A stretch of DNA of 64,000 nucleotides from Gaiellaceae bacterium (GCA_036380355.1 DASVEW010000032.1:23-64022), one strand, 5' to 3'; shown: positions 8,687 to 17,054, counted from the stretch's first letter. Translations and numbers: made by a program. Notes: a model not told the origin generated them from the letters alone.

Positions 8687-9030
8687 GTGACGGTCAGTCG
8701 CGTTCTCCAGCACCGCCGGATCACACTCGAGACCGTGCTCGGCGCGCTGTGCGCCTACGTGCTGATCGGGCTGCTGTTCGCCTTCGTCTATCTCGCCGTC
8801 GAAGAGCTCCGCAGCGGGCCGTTCTTCGCCCAGCCGGGGCCGCACCAGCAGTCCGAGTACCTCTACTTCAGCTTCGTTGCCTCACGACGCTGGGGTTCGG
8901 CGACCTCTCGCCGTCGGTCGGGCTGCCGCAGGCGCTCGCTGTGCTGGAGGCGCTGGCCGGCCAGATCTTCCTCGTCACGCTCGTCGCCCGGCTCGTGACG
9001 CTCCGGGTTCGTCAGAGCGAAGCTCAGTAG
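8687..9030 (+). pseudogene. small 2-TM potassium-channel-like protein (Ion_trans_2 type) interrupted by a 1-nt deletion
   Basis: The frame from GTG 8687 gives TM1 and the pore helix (EYLYFSFV). The selectivity filter LTTLGFGD and TM2 continue in another frame from 8881 to the stop at 9030. The junction GTTGCCTCACG looks like GTTGCCCTCACG minus one C. Confidence 0.65.
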
Positions 9031-9041
9031 AGTCCTCGTTC

Positions 9042-10058
9042 GTGCAGGCCACCGCTCGCATCGGGTCTCTGACGCTCAAGGAGCCGTTCACGATCGCCCG
9101 CGGCACCCAGACCGAGGCCGAGGTCGTCTGGGTCGAGATCGACCACGAAGGCGAGCGCGGCTTCGGCGAGGCCGCGCCGATCGAGCGCTACGACGAGTCG
9201 GCGGAGTCGGCCGTGGCGTACGTCGAGGAGGTCGCGGACTCGCTCGGTGACGACCCATTCGCCCTCGACGAGATCCAAAGCCGGCTGCCGGACCGTGAGT
9301 ATGCGGCCCGCGCGGCCCTCGACGCGGCGCTGCACGACCTCTGCGGCAAGCTGGTGGGGCTTCCCGTCTGGCGCTTCCTCGGACTCAGGCAGGCTGGACC
9401 GCCGACAAGCTGGACGATCGGGCTCGGCGATCCGGATGAGATGGTGCACAAGGCGGAGCGCGCGACCGACTTCAAGAGCCTGAAGCTCAAGCTCGGCGGC
9501 CGCGACGGCAAGGACGTCGACCGCGTCCGGGCCGTGCGCGGCGTGTGGCCGGGACCGATCCGCGTCGACGTGAACGAGGGCTGGACGCTGGACGAGGCCA
9601 TGGACGCGATCCCGCAGCTGAAGGAGCTCGGCGCGGACTACGTCGAGCAGCCGCTACCCGCCGGCGATCCCGCCGGCCCGACGCTGAAAGCCTCGTCGCC
9701 GCTCCCGATCTACGTCGACGAGGACTGCCACACCCCGGCGGACGTCGCCTCCTGCGGCGAGCGCGCGCACGGGATCAACATCAAGCTCGCGAAGTCCGGC
9801 GGAATCCGCGAGGCGGTCCGCATGGCCCACGCGGCGCGGGCGCTCGGCCTCGGCGTCATGCTCGGCTGCATGGTCGAATCGGGCCTCGGAATCGCCGCAG
9901 GAGCCTCGATCGCGAGCCTCTGCGACCACGTCGACCTCGACGGAAACATCCTCATCGCCGACGACCCGTGGCCCGGCGTCGAGCTGGTCGACGGCGTTCA
10001 GCTTCCCTCTGCCTCTCCAGGACTTGGCGTCCGGCAAGAAGTACCTAGTCCTCGCTGA
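9042..10058 (+). CDS. enolase-superfamily dipeptide (L-Ala-D/L-Glu-type) epimerase / N-acyl amino acid racemase-like
   Basis: GTG 9042. Contains KLKLGG, VDVNEGW, EQPLP and IYVDED (metal ligands) and INIKLAKSGG, typical of the MLE subgroup. Confidence 0.85.
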   Translation: MQATARIGSLTLKEPFTIARGTQTEAEVVWVEIDHEGERGFGEAAPIERYDESAESAVAYVEEVADSLGDDPFALDEIQSRLPDREYAARAALDAALHDLCGKLVGLPVWRFLGLRQAGPPTSWTIGLGDPDEMVHKAERATDFKSLKLKLGGRDGKDVDRVRAVRGVWPGPIRVDVNEGWTLDEAMDAIPQLKELGADYVEQPLPAGDPAGPTLKASSPLPIYVDEDCHTPADVASCGERAHGINIKLAKSGGIREAVRMAHAARALGLGVMLGCMVESGLGIAAGASIASLCDHVDLDGNILIADDPWPGVELVDGVQLPSASPGLGVRQEVPSPR

Positions 10059-11055
10059 GGGCCGCTCCGGCGACCCGCACTACGGGAAGACGATGCGCGG
10101 GATCGTCGCCTACGCGCCCGATCCGGTCGTCGCGATCCTCGACTCCGAGCGGGCCGGGGAGAGCTACCGCGACATCCCGATCGTCGCGACCGTGGAGGAG
10201 GCGATGGCCTACGGGCCAACGACGGCGACCGTAGGCGTGGCGACGCAGGGCGGCCGCTTTCCGCCCGCGTGGCGCGAGCTGCTGAAGGACTCCATCCGCG
10301 CCGGGCTCGACCTCGAGAGCGGGCTGCACGAGTTCATCAGCGAGGACCCGGAGCTGACCGTGCTGGCGCGCGAGCACGGCGTCGAGCTCCGCGACCTCCG
10401 CAAGCCCCCGACCGATCTCAGCGTCCCGACCGGCGAGAACCTGCGCGTACCGGCGAAGATCGTGCTCACGGTCGGCTCGGACTGCGCGATCGGCAAGAAG
10501 ACCGTCGCTGTGGAGCTCGACCTCGCCGCCCGCGGGCGCGGACTGAAGTCCGTGTTCGTGCCCACCGGGCAGACGGGGATCGCGATCGCGGGCTGGGGGA
10601 TCGCGATCGACGCTGTCGTGGCGGACTTCCTGGCCGGCGCTGCCGAGCGGCTCGTCGTCGAGGGGGCCGCCCGCGAAGGCGAGCTGCTGTGGGTCGAGGG
10701 GCAGGGATCGCTGAACCATCCGGCGTATTCCGGGGTCACGATGGGCCTGATCCACGGAAGCGCCCCGCACGCCTACGTCCTCGTCCACAAGGCGCGAGCG
10801 ACCCACGTCGAGGGCTACCCCGACCATCCGCTACCCCAGCTCCGGGACCTGATCGAGCTCCACGAGCGATCGTCGCTCCTCCTCCGTCCGGCGAAGGTCG
10901 CGGCCGTCGCGCTGCACACCGGCGGCCTCGAGGAGGACGCTGCGCGCGCCGAGATCGCCCGCGTTGCTGAGGAGACCGGGCTCCCGACGGACGATCCCGT
11001 GCGCTTCGGCGCCGATCCCCTCCTGGACGCCGTCCTGGACGTCGTGGCAGACTGA
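10024..11055 (+). CDS. DUF1611-family protein (reported as D-glutamate N-acetyltransferase DgcN in some bacteria)
   Basis: 343 aa. Contains GTMRGI-type, VGSDCAIGKKTVA (P-loop-like) and GQGSLNHPAYSGVT motifs as I remember them for DUF1611. Overlaps the epimerase gene. Confidence 0.8.
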   Translation: MASGKKYLVLAEGRSGDPHYGKTMRGIVAYAPDPVVAILDSERAGESYRDIPIVATVEEAMAYGPTTATVGVATQGGRFPPAWRELLKDSIRAGLDLESGLHEFISEDPELTVLAREHGVELRDLRKPPTDLSVPTGENLRVPAKIVLTVGSDCAIGKKTVAVELDLAARGRGLKSVFVPTGQTGIAIAGWGIAIDAVVADFLAGAAERLVVEGAAREGELLWVEGQGSLNHPAYSGVTMGLIHGSAPHAYVLVHKARATHVEGYPDHPLPQLRDLIELHERSSLLLRPAKVAAVALHTGGLEEDAARAEIARVAEETGLPTDDPVRFGADPLLDAVLDVVAD

Positions 11056-12635
11056 TGCGGTTTCGCAGAGGAATGAAGGGGTTTAGGGAAACCGCCGTCT
11101 TGACGGCCTGCATCTGCGGGCTGCTTGCGCTGGCCGCGCCGGCTGCGGCGGACGTCAGCGTCGGGGTGGCCGACGACCGCGGCAAGCTTGCGCCGGACGG
11201 CGGCGCCGCGTTCCTCGCCGCCATGCGGGACGTCGGGCTGACCGAGAACAGGATCACGCTTGCCTGGGACCCCGACCATCCAACGACCATCCGCGAGAAG
11301 GACTCGCTCGACCGCTACATCGCGAACGCAACGGCAGCGGGCGTCCGCATCTCGATGGTGATCGCGCCCAGCCGTGCGCGTGCGCTCTTTCGCTCCACCT
11401 CGGCGACCGGCCAGTACATCGCGTTCCTCGCCCAGGTCGCCCGGACCTACCCGCAAGTGAGGGACATCGCCGTCGGCAACGAGCCGAACCAGCCCCGGTT
11501 CTGGCAGCCCCAGTTCAGCACCCGCGGCGCCGGCCTCGCGTGCACCTCGTACGCCCGCGTCCTGGCGCAGGCCTACGACGCGCTCAAGGCGGTCAACACC
11601 TCGATCACCGTCCTCGGCGTCTCGCTCTCCCCGCGCGGGAACGACAACGCCCTCGCGGCCACGAACGCCTCGACCTCGCCGGTCCGCTGCATCCGCGACA
11701 TGGGCGCCGCCTACCGCGCCGGCCGCCGCAAGCGGCCGATCATGGACGAGCTCGCCTTCCATCCGCATCCGAACTCGAACACCGACACCTTCCTCGTCGG
11801 CTACCGCTGGCCGAACGCCGGCACGCCGAACCTCGGGCGGATCAGGCAGGCCGTTTGGGATGCCTTCCGCGGCACCGCCCAGCCGGTCTTCGCCGAGGCC
11901 GGGCGGCCCGTGTCGCGCGCGGCGCGGCCGCCGCTCCGGTTCCGCCTCAACGAGATCGGCTGGCAGACGTCGATCCCGGCCTCCTCGATGCACGCGTACT
12001 ACGGGCGCGAGTCGGTCCCGCGCCTGGCGGAAGACCGCCACCAGTCCGACGTCTACTCGGCCCTGATCCCGTACTACGCGTGTGACCAGTCCGTGAGCTC
12101 GATGCTCTACTACGGCCTCGTCGACGAGCCCGACCTCGAACGCTGGCAGGCCGGCCTGCTCCGCGCCGACTGGAGCCGCAGGCCGTCGTACAACACCGTG
12201 AAGTCGATGATCGCCCGCGGTCGCACCAAGTGCGCCCGCCGCGCGGTCCGTTGGCGTCACTCGACCGTCGTGGTCGGCGCGACCGCGAAGTTCGGCGAGC
12301 GACGCCGGTCGGCCGGCGACACGAACTGGACGTTCGTCTCGAGCTCCGAGGAGGCGAGCACGTTCACGGGCGCGATGTACCGCCTGAAGAGCCGCAGGCT
12401 GGGCGCGAAGGCGCGGAAGCGCCTTCTGGCCGCGGTCGGTGTGAGGAGGGCTCCGAAGCCCGTTCTCACCGCCCGCGGCAAGGTCCGCGCACACCAGGGG
12501 GCGTTCGTCCGCTTCAAGCGGAAGCGCCTCAGGCCGGGCCACTACGTGTTCGCGGTCCGGCTCCGGGCCGAGATGAACCCCACCCGGACGACGGCGTTCG
12601 TCTCGCGGCCCTTCGCAGTCGGAACGCGTAGGTAG
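11055..12635 (+). CDS. secreted TIM-barrel glycoside-hydrolase-like protein (clan GH-A features)
   Basis: Signal peptide (LALAAPAAADV). VGNEPN (acid/base-type NEP) and LNEIGWQ (nucleophile-type) motifs. C-terminal Ig-like tail. Family not resolved. Confidence 0.6.
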   Translation: MRFRRGMKGFRETAVLTACICGLLALAAPAAADVSVGVADDRGKLAPDGGAAFLAAMRDVGLTENRITLAWDPDHPTTIREKDSLDRYIANATAAGVRISMVIAPSRARALFRSTSATGQYIAFLAQVARTYPQVRDIAVGNEPNQPRFWQPQFSTRGAGLACTSYARVLAQAYDALKAVNTSITVLGVSLSPRGNDNALAATNASTSPVRCIRDMGAAYRAGRRKRPIMDELAFHPHPNSNTDTFLVGYRWPNAGTPNLGRIRQAVWDAFRGTAQPVFAEAGRPVSRAARPPLRFRLNEIGWQTSIPASSMHAYYGRESVPRLAEDRHQSDVYSALIPYYACDQSVSSMLYYGLVDEPDLERWQAGLLRADWSRRPSYNTVKSMIARGRTKCARRAVRWRHSTVVVGATAKFGERRRSAGDTNWTFVSSSEEASTFTGAMYRLKSRRLGAKARKRLLAAVGVRRAPKPVLTARGKVRAHQGAFVRFKRKRLRPGHYVFAVRLRAEMNPTRTTAFVSRPFAVGTRR

Positions 12636-12796
12636 TGCCCCACCAGGCAATCCACGCCGGTTTCTGGCCCGCGATCACGCTGCGCCAGAGCCGACCCTCC
12701 TCCTCACCAAGGCTGTCCAGCCTTGGCTCGTCGGACGGCGCGCTCTGGCTTGGTGCTCGCGACCCAGAAAAGGGGCAGGATCACCTGGAGGGGCAC
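12635..12796 (+). repeat. 162-bp imperfect-palindrome intercistronic element, copy 1
   Basis: About 89% identical over its full length to 29633..29794 (18 mismatches, hand alignment). Folds into one long hairpin with conserved apical stem CCAAGGCT/AGCCTTGG. Confidence 0.85.
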
Positions 12797-12798
12797 TA

Positions 12799-13926
12799 GT
12801 GCGCGACCCGCGGCTCGAGAAGCTCGCCGAGCTGATCGCCGGCTACTCGCTCGACCTCCGCGAGGGGCAGGTCTACCGGATCGACGGCGAGGAGGTCTCG
12901 ACGCCGCTGGCCGTCGCGCTGTACGCCGCGGCCCTCCGCCGCGGCGCCCACCCGTACACGCGGATCGTCCCGGCGGGGCTCGACGAGATCGAGCTCGAGG
13001 CGGCCTCGGACGAGCAGCTGACCTACATCCCGGAGGTCGAGCGGATCGCGACCGAGGAGCTGGACGCCTGGACGTCCCTCTGGGGAACCGTCAACACCCG
13101 TGCGCTCACACGCGCGGACACCGAGCGGCGCCGCCTGCAGCTCTCGACGCACTACCGGATGGTCAACCGGCGCTGGGAGCGGATCAGCGCGGGCGAGCTC
13201 GCGTGGTGCGGCACCCTTTACCCGAGCCAGGCGCACGCGCAGGACGCCGAGATGTCCCTGGCCGAGTTCGAGGACTTCGTCCACGGCGCCTGCCACACGC
13301 GCGAGGGCGACGACCCGATCGCGCACTGGCAGAGCATGTCGCAGACGCTCACGGCGCGGGCGCGGGAGCTCGAGGGCGTGCGCGAGCTCCGCATCGTCGG
13401 CCCCGACACCGACCTCAGGGTGGTCGTCGAGGGCCGCCGGTGGTTGCCCTCGGACGGCAAGGACAACATGCCCGACGGCGAGGTCTTCACGAGCCCGGTC
13501 GAGACCGGGACGAACGGCGAGATCTACTTCGCCTTCCCGTCGGTCTTCCAGGGCCAGGAGGTGGAGAACGTCCGCCTGCGGTTCGAGGACGGGCGGGTCG
13601 TGCACGCCGAAGCGAGCTCGGGCGAGGAGTACCTGCGCTCGCTCCTCGACACCGATCAGGGGGCGAGCGTGCTCGGCGAGGTCGCGTTCGGGCTCAATTA
13701 CGAGATCGACCGCTTCACCCGCGACATCCTCTTCGACGAGAAGATCGGCGGGACGATGCACGTCGCGCTCGGCGGCGGCTTCGACGAGGCGGGAACCGAG
13801 AACAAGTCCGACCTGCACTGGGATCTCATCTGCGACCTCCGCGAGGAGGGCGAGGTGTACGCCGACGGGCAGCTCGTCTGGAAGACGGGCTCGTTCCTCG
13901 CCGAGCCGGCGGTCGAACGTGTCTGA
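12799..13926 (+). CDS. M29-family aminopeptidase (AmpS/PepS-like), paralog 1
   Basis: 375 aa. LAELIAGYSLDL at the N-terminus, NMPDGEVFTSP, and GGTMHVALG...LHWDLI at the C-terminus are typical of thermophilic-metalloprotease M29. Confidence 0.85.
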   Translation: MRDPRLEKLAELIAGYSLDLREGQVYRIDGEEVSTPLAVALYAAALRRGAHPYTRIVPAGLDEIELEAASDEQLTYIPEVERIATEELDAWTSLWGTVNTRALTRADTERRRLQLSTHYRMVNRRWERISAGELAWCGTLYPSQAHAQDAEMSLAEFEDFVHGACHTREGDDPIAHWQSMSQTLTARARELEGVRELRIVGPDTDLRVVVEGRRWLPSDGKDNMPDGEVFTSPVETGTNGEIYFAFPSVFQGQEVENVRLRFEDGRVVHAEASSGEEYLRSLLDTDQGASVLGEVAFGLNYEIDRFTRDILFDEKIGGTMHVALGGGFDEAGTENKSDLHWDLICDLREEGEVYADGQLVWKTGSFLAEPAVERV

Positions 13927-13930
13927 CCCC

Positions 13931-15040
13931 ATGCACGCCAAGCTCGCCGAGGTCGTCGTCGGCTACTCGACCGAGGTGAAGCCCGGCAACGTCGTGCGCA
14001 TCGAGGCCTACGACGGCGTGGCGGCGCCGGTCATGCGCGAGGTTTACGCCGCAGCCCTCCGGGCCGGCGGCCATCCGACCGCGAACCTCGTGCTCGAGGA
14101 GGCCGACGAGACGCTCTACAAGGAGGGCAGCGACGTCCAGCTCGAGTGGATCTCGCCCGACCAGCGCTGGAACGTCGAGCACGGCGACGTCTGGGTCGTG
14201 TTCGACGCGCCGACGAACACGAAGCGCCTCTCGAACGTCGACCCGGAGCGGATCGCGAGGCGCCTGAAGGCGCGCCGCCCGCTGCAGTCGCTCTACCTCG
14301 AGCGCTCGGCGAGGGGCGAGTTCCGCTGGCTGATCTGCGGCTTTCCGTGCGAGGCGTCCGCGCAGGACGCCGGCATGTCGCTGCGGCAGTTCGAGCAGGT
14401 GCTCTACCGCGCGGCGTTCCTGGACGAAGACGACCCGGTCGCGGCGTGGAAGCGCTTCGGCGACCGCCTCGAGGAGATCGGCTCGCTGCTGGAGACGAAG
14501 CGGGAGCTGCGAATCGTCGGCGAGGACACCGATCTCACGCTCGGCGTCGAAGGCCGGTCGTGGATCCGCGCGAAAGGCCTCCGGAACTTCCCCGACGGCG
14601 AGGTGTTCACGGGGCCCGTCGAGACGAGCGTCGAAGGGACGATCCGGTTCTCCTTCCCGGCGATGATGCGCGGCCGCCAGGCCCACGACGTCCGCCTACG
14701 CTTCGAGGGCGGCGAGGTGGTCGAGGCGACCGCACGGCGGGGCGAGGGCTTCCTGCGGGAGATGATCGGCATGGACGACGGCGCAAGGCGCGTCGGCGAG
14801 TTCGCCTTCGGCCTCAACGACGCGATCAGCGAGTACACCGGCAACCTCCTGCTCGACGAGAAGATCGGCGGCACCGTCCACCTTGCTCTCGGGCGGTCCG
14901 TCCCCGGGACGGGCGGCCAGAACCAGTCGGGCCTGCACTGGGACATCGTCTGCGACCTGCGGGACGGGGGAGAGGTGTACGCCGACGGCGAGCTCGCGTA
15001 CAGGAACGGCGCCTTCCTGAACGGCGCCTCCGGCTCCTGA
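13931..15040 (+). CDS. M29-family aminopeptidase (AmpS/PepS-like), paralog 2
   Basis: ATG 13931 lies 5 nt after paralog 1's stop. Same motif set (NFPDGEVFTGP, GGTVHLALG, LHWDIV). Confidence 0.85.
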   Translation: MHAKLAEVVVGYSTEVKPGNVVRIEAYDGVAAPVMREVYAAALRAGGHPTANLVLEEADETLYKEGSDVQLEWISPDQRWNVEHGDVWVVFDAPTNTKRLSNVDPERIARRLKARRPLQSLYLERSARGEFRWLICGFPCEASAQDAGMSLRQFEQVLYRAAFLDEDDPVAAWKRFGDRLEEIGSLLETKRELRIVGEDTDLTLGVEGRSWIRAKGLRNFPDGEVFTGPVETSVEGTIRFSFPAMMRGRQAHDVRLRFEGGEVVEATARRGEGFLREMIGMDDGARRVGEFAFGLNDAISEYTGNLLLDEKIGGTVHLALGRSVPGTGGQNQSGLHWDIVCDLRDGGEVYADGELAYRNGAFLNGASGS

Positions 15041-15519
15041 AGCTCACGGTCATCTCGGACACGCATATGCCGCGGGGGACGCGGCGGCTTCCGAAGGAGT
15101 GCCTGCGCCTGCTCGGCGAGTCGGACCGGATTCTCCACGCGGGCGACTTCGTGTCGAAGGCGTTCTACGACCAGCTCGGGCGGCTCGCCCCGGTCGACGG
15201 CGTGGCCGGGAACATGGACGAGGCGGAGTTGCGGTCGATCCTGCCGCCGAAGCTGGTGGTCGAGCTCGAGGGCGTCCGGATCGGGATGGTGCACGACGCC
15301 GGGCCCTCGCTGGGTCGCGCCGAGCGGCTCGTCGAGGCGTTTCCGGGCTGCGACGCCGTCGTCTACGGCCACACGCACGTTCCGGAGGCCAGGCGGCTCG
15401 GCGATGTTTGGATCCTGAACCCAGGCAGCCCGACCGAGCGGCGGTCTGCGCCTCACCACGGGATGCTCGGCCTGGAGGTGAGCGACGGGAGCCTTGACGT
15501 CCGAACATACGTTCTGTAG
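15037..15519 (+). CDS. YfcE/MJ0936-type metallophosphoesterase
   Basis: Motifs ISDTH, HAGD, GNMD and GHTH. There is no ATG/GTG/TTG before the ISDTH motif, so the likely start is CTG 15037, overlapping the upstream TGA (CTGA). The start is uncertain. Confidence 0.7.
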   Translation: MKLTVISDTHMPRGTRRLPKECLRLLGESDRILHAGDFVSKAFYDQLGRLAPVDGVAGNMDEAELRSILPPKLVVELEGVRIGMVHDAGPSLGRAERLVEAFPGCDAVVYGHTHVPEARRLGDVWILNPGSPTERRSAPHHGMLGLEVSDGSLDVRTYVL

Positions 15520-15538
15520 CATGGCGAACGTATGTTCG
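15494..15538 (+). promoter_or_regulatory. SOS-type promoter with two LexA (Cheo) boxes
   Basis: TTGACG (15494-99), 17-nt spacer, TAGCAT (15517-22). Box 1 CGAACATACGTTCT (15502-15) lies in the spacer. Box 2 CGAACGTATGTTCG (15525-38) covers the expected TSS and ATG 15532. Confidence 0.8.
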
Positions 15539-15774
15539 TGCGGATCGCATTCGTCGCGTTCCTCGTGATGGTGCTCGCCTGGAGCGTCCTGACGCGCGTC
15601 TCCGAGGCGACCGGCACGCCGCAGCCGTATCGCGTGGAGGCGGGCGACACGCTGTGGTCGATCGCGGCCGATCACTACGGCGGCGATCCGCGGCAGGGGG
15701 TCTGGGCGATCCGGCGTGAGAACGACCTGGCCGGCGCGACGTTGACGCCGGGTCAGGTTCTGCTCCTGCCCTAG
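15532..15774 (+). CDS. small TM + LysM-domain protein (YneA/ChiZ-like SOS cell-division inhibitor candidate)
   Basis: 80 aa. N-terminal TM (IAFVAFLVMVLAWSVL) then LysM (YRVEAGDTLWSIAADHYG...LTPGQVLLLP). Confidence 0.75.
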   Translation: MFVRIAFVAFLVMVLAWSVLTRVSEATGTPQPYRVEAGDTLWSIAADHYGGDPRQGVWAIRRENDLAGATLTPGQVLLLP

Positions 15775-15813
15775 GAGGGCTTGGCCGATCGCGCGCGTTC
15801 TTAGACTCTCGGC

Positions 15814-16824
15814 GTGGACCTCGATCTCGTCTTCCTCGGGACGTCCGGCTCGATGCCGACCGCGCAGCGAGCACCGACCGCGATGCTCCTCCGGCGAGGC
15901 GGCGAGCGGCTGCTTTTCGACTGCGCGGAGGGGACCCAGCGCCAGCTGCTCCGGTCGAACGTCGGGCTCGTGGAGCTGCGCGAGATCTTCCTCACGCACT
16001 ACCACGCCGACCACTACCTCGGCCTGCCTGGGATGCTGAAGACCTTCGCGCTCCGGGGCCGCGAGCTGCCGATCACGATCTACGGCCCGCGCGGCCTCCA
16101 CGACCTGTTCTCGTCGCTCAGGCGGATCTTCGGCAGGCTGACATACCGCTACGACCTCGTCGAGCTGGACCCGGGCGACGTGCTGGAGCGGGGCGAGTAC
16201 GACCTCGCGACTTTCCCGGTCGACCACGGCGTCTCGGCGCTCGGCTACGCGCTCGTGGAGCGGCCTCGGCCGGGCCGCTTCGACGTGGCCGCGGCCGACG
16301 CCTTGGGAATCCCCGAGGGGCCTCAGCGCGGCATGCTGCAGGGCGGCGAGTCGGTGACGCTGCCCGACGGGCGGGTGATCACGCCCGACTCCGTGCTCGG
16401 CCCGCCCCGTCCGGGACGCAAGGTCGCGCTCGCCGCCGACACGGCGTACTCGCGGTCGGTCGTCGACGCGGCCCGCGGCGCGGACCTCCTCGTCCACGAG
16501 GCGACCTTCGCGGAGGAGGAGCGCGAGCGCGCCCACGAGACGCTCCACTCGACCGCACTCGAGGCGGCGACGGTCGCGCGGGACGCCGAGGCCGGCCTGC
16601 TCGCGCTGACCCACCTGTCCAACCGCTACTTCGGCGGCGAGATCGAGCGCGAGGCCCAGACGGTCTTCCCCGACACGGTCGTGCCCCGAGACCTCGATAT
16701 CATCGTCGTCCCGTTCCAGGAGCGGGGGGCGCCGGAGCTCGTGAGGGGAGGAGCCACGCACCGCCACCCCCAGCAGGCTCCGAAGCAGCAAGCCGTGCCG
16801 ACCGTCGAGGAGGCCCCGCGATGA
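15814..16824 (+). CDS. rnz: ribonuclease Z
   Basis: LVFLGTSGSMPT at the N-terminus and the metallo-beta-lactamase motif THYHADH. Overall RNase Z layout. Confidence 0.9.
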   Translation: MDLDLVFLGTSGSMPTAQRAPTAMLLRRGGERLLFDCAEGTQRQLLRSNVGLVELREIFLTHYHADHYLGLPGMLKTFALRGRELPITIYGPRGLHDLFSSLRRIFGRLTYRYDLVELDPGDVLERGEYDLATFPVDHGVSALGYALVERPRPGRFDVAAADALGIPEGPQRGMLQGGESVTLPDGRVITPDSVLGPPRPGRKVALAADTAYSRSVVDAARGADLLVHEATFAEEERERAHETLHSTALEAATVARDAEAGLLALTHLSNRYFGGEIEREAQTVFPDTVVPRDLDIIVVPFQERGAPELVRGGATHRHPQQAPKQQAVPTVEEAPR

Positions 16825-17054
16825 CCAGGATGGTGCAGGTCGCCGTCGCAGGCGACGTAACCGAGGCGGAGGAGCTGGAGTCGATGCTTCGCTCCGCCGG
16901 CATCGAGACCCAGCTGGAACCGGCGACCGAGCACCACCCGCGAGAGGTGGAGGACGCGCCGCAGAAGGTGCTCGTGCCCGAGGGCTCGCTCGAGGCGGCC
17001 ATTCACGCCATCGAGTCCCTCAGCGATCCCGACGAGATCGTCGCCGACGCGTAG
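16821..17054 (+). CDS. DUF2007-like small protein
   Basis: 77 aa, start overlaps the rnz stop. Its pattern (VAVAGDVTEAEELESMLRSAGIE...VLVPEGSLEAA) resembles the putative signal-transducing DUF2007 fold. Confidence 0.5.
   Translation: MTRMVQVAVAGDVTEAEELESMLRSAGIETQLEPATEHHPREVEDAPQKVLVPEGSLEAAIHAIESLSDPDEIVADA

Noticed and set aside
7849-9030. 393-aa Gly-rich ORF (GGGGGGGGS repeats) on the + strand
   Set aside because: It is the mirror image of the poly-Pro gene. The - strand product has a signal peptide, a folded-looking domain and a TM anchor with good codon bias. The + ORF only gains sense at its 3' end, where it runs into the displaced half of the K+-channel gene.
12633-12798. TA/TA flanks of element copy 1 as a target-site duplication (MITE signature)
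   Set aside because: Copy 2 is flanked by TC and TG, so there is no consistent duplication. No transposase is present in the window.
12635-12799. The 54-codon ORF inside the 162-bp element as a genuine small-protein gene
   Set aside because: Only 4 of the 18 differences between the two copies are synonymous. The peptide is low-complexity (SRPSSSPRLSSLGSS) and merely reflects the palindromic DNA. I treat it as a coupling spacer, not a protein family.
15037-15051. The missing canonical start of the metallophosphoesterase as another frameshift
   Set aside because: CTG 15037 overlaps the upstream TGA (CTGA) in the usual coupling geometry, and the protein begins right at the expected position before ISDTH. 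A CTG start is the simpler explanation.
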